Shown here: one piece after another, positions 14,963 to 15,913 of the stretch
How the letters are laid out: each line of letters opens with the position of its first letter
Position numbering within the stretch: position 1 is the stretch's first letter
Source: an archaeon
GTDB lineage: Archaea; Iainarchaeota; Iainarchaeia; Iainarchaeales; CSSED10-239
Direction of reading: 5' to 3'
NCBI GenBank assembly: GCA_037147375.1
Contig: JBAWVI010000007.1
Coordinates: 1-15,913 of the forward strand
Length of the DNA: 15,913 nucleotides
Made by a program: the position numbers and the translations under genes
The notes under the pieces: generated by a model
Databases searched by the model: none
What the model saw: only the letters and a program-made list of their open reading frames with translations
What the model was told of the DNA's origin: nothing

Positions 14963-15163
14963 GGGGATATAGGGTAGTCCGGTCTAGCCTAACAGGCTCC
15001 AGACTGATACTTTCTTGAAAAAGAAAGGTTCTGGAACGCAAGATGGTTTTTATAAAAGAAAACCAGATGATTGAAAAATACAAGTTTGTCTGAAAAAGAA
15101 ATTTTTTCGGGATAACAGAAAGGGAGAAACTTGTTGACCCGGGTTCAAATCCCGGTGTCCCCA
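14963..15163 (+). tRNA. tRNA-Trp (anticodon CCA) with a 126-nt intron at the canonical 37/38 position
   Basis: Manual cloverleaf.
- Acceptor stem: GGGGATA (14963-14969) pairs with TGTCCCC (15156-15162); discriminator A73 (15163).
- U8, A14, G18G19 and A21 are present.
- D stem: GGGT/GCCT.
- Anticodon stem: ACAGG (14992-14996) pairs with CTTGT (15130-15134).
- Loop: C32 T33 C34 C35 A36 G37, then the intron, then A38.
- T arm: CCGGG-TTCAAAT-CCCGG (15139-15155).
- CCA is not encoded.
- G1:C72 plus A73 fits archaeal/eukaryal Trp identity. Confidence 0.9.
15003..15128 (+). ncRNA. tRNA-Trp intron with bulge-helix-bulge splice motif and three internal hairpins; box C/D-like motifs are imperfect
   Basis: BHB motif: the central 4-bp helix pairs CTCC (14997-15000) with GGAG (15123-15126). 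It is flanked by 3-nt bulges AGA (15001-15003) and AAA (15127-15129). Cleavage after the 2nd bulge nucleotide gives exactly G37|intron|A38. Internal hairpins: CTTTCTT-GAAA-AAGAAAG (15010-15027), GGTTTT-8 nt-AAAACC (15045-15064), and GAAAAA-loop-TTTTTC (15092-15108). Confidence refers to the existence of the intron, not to a guide-RNA function. Confidence 0.75.
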
Positions 15164-15184
15164 TATAAATTTCTTATTTTTATT

Positions 15185-15913
15185 TTATCTAAGTCCTTTA
15201 TCTTTTAAAAAACAATTTCTACAATTGTCTAGAATAGTTATTGGATATTCTCCTGACACACATGCAGTACAAAGATCTCTTCTAATTGCTTTCTTTAAAT
15301 CTTCAACATCTGAATAAACTACTTCGTTTGCATTTATGTAATCTCTAATCTCTGGTATTGTTTTATTATGTGCTATAAGTTCAATTTCAGTTGACATATC
15401 AATTCCATAAAAACAAGGATACTTGATTGGTGGACAAGATGAAACAAACACAATATTCTTTGCTCCAGCATCTCTAAGAAGCTTAACAATTCTTTTTGAA
15501 GTTGTTCCACGAACAATACTATCATCAACAAGAAGTATATTTTGATCTTTAACAATTGAGATGATTGGATTAAGCTTAATGTGAACTCCTGATACCCTAT
15601 TTTCTTGAGAGGGCATAATAAATGTTCTTCCAATATATCTGTTCTTGATTAATCCCTCTCTATGCTTTATTCCAAGAACTTCTGATAACTTAAATGCACA
15701 ACTTCTTGCAGTGTCTGGAACAGGAATAACAATATCTATTTTATATTTTTCAATTAGTTTTTCTTTCTTTATTCTTTCTCCTAAAAGAACACCAAGCGCA
15801 AGACGTGCCTTGTAAACTGATCTTTCTTCAATCATTGATTCTGGTCTTGCAAAATACACCCATTCAAACATACAATGTGCTTTTTCTTTTGCATTAAATA
15901 CTTTTGTTTGAAT
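15185..15913 (-). CDS. purF: Amidophosphoribosyltransferase, C-terminal part (5' end lies beyond the window)
   Basis: The reading frame is open to the window edge (…IQTKVFNAKEKAHCMFEWVYFARPES…), so the M at 15871 in the ORF track is internal. Motifs: CxFExVYFARPxS, VIPVPDTAR, the PRPP-binding loop ILLVDDSIVRGTTSKRIV, CPPIKYPCFYGID, and C-terminal CTACVSGEYP (Fe-S Cys context). Confidence 0.95.
   Translation of the reverse strand: MQTKVFNAKEKAHCMFEWVYFARPESMIEERSVYKARLALGVLLGERIKKEKLIEKYKIDIVIPVPDTARSCAFKLSEVLGIKHREGLIKNRYIGRTFIMPSQENRVSGVHIKLNPIISIVKDQNILLVDDSIVRGTTSKRIVKLLRDAGAKNIVFVSSCPPIKYPCFYGIDMSTEIELIAHNKTIPEIRDYINANEVVYSDVEDLKKAIRRDLCTACVSGEYPITILDNCRNCFLKDKGLR

Noticed and set aside
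14901-15164. 87-aa minus-strand ORF in the ORF track
   Set aside because: It lies entirely antisense to the tRNA-Trp gene and its intron. Its C-terminal half (…RLFIRSYIFRRINVYKLFQ) and its N-terminus (MGTPGFEPGS) are simply the complement of tRNA sequence. It has no coding signal of its own.
15373-15633. 86-aa minus-strand ORF
   Set aside because: It is an alternative frame inside purF, whose annotated frame carries the PRPP-binding loop and the glutamine PRPP amidotransferase motifs.
1-15913. Search for CRISPR arrays, transposases/integrases, IS inverted repeats, rRNA and split-tRNA halves
   Set aside because: I saw no regularly spaced direct repeats, no recombinase-like ORFs, and no additional T-arm-like GTTCRAATC motifs outside the tRNA-Trp gene. 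This was an inspection by eye, so short or degenerate elements could have been missed.

Overview
This is an AT-rich (about 25-30% GC by eye), densely coding window. Three signals in the sequence mark it as archaeal. (1) Two paralogous proteins carry class III, type IV pilin-like signal peptides (K-[GA]|Q-x-[ST]-I-E followed by a hydrophobic helix). (2) A tRNA-Trp(CCA) is split at position 37/38 by a 126-nt intron that can fold into a bulge-helix-bulge splice motif. (3) GGTGAT-type Shine-Dalgarno leaders are present. A small-genome, DPANN-like origin is only a guess from composition and gene content.

Gene order, left to right:
- 950-aa modular pilin-signal surface protein (-)
- 128-aa paralogous pilin-like protein (-)
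- GNAT acetyltransferase (+)
- UDP-glucuronate 4-epimerase-like SDR (+)
- Gfo/Idh/MocA oxidoreductase (+)
- tightly coupled four-gene minus-strand operon: Gfo/Idh/MocA oxidoreductase, D-Ala-D-Ala-ligase-like ATP-grasp, second ATP-grasp ligase, M20 amidohydrolase
- serS directly upstream of that operon (-)
- Nudix hydrolase (-)
- short beta-CASP/MBL nuclease (-)
- intron-containing tRNA-Trp (+)
- C-terminal two-thirds of purF (-, runs off the window)

No CRISPR array, transposase, integrase or rRNA was seen.

The best candidates for something undescribed are:
- the orphan double-ATP-grasp / M20 / double-oxidoreductase cluster, which sits beside sugar-nucleotide genes and pilin genes and may perform amino-acid ligation onto a sugar, cyclitol or peptide
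- the pair of pilin-signal proteins that share a six-Cys module, one of them a 950-aa multi-domain putative adhesin
- the long, highly structured tRNA-Trp intron, which carries antisense matches to its own anticodon arm

All family assignments come from motifs read by eye. No database search was run.
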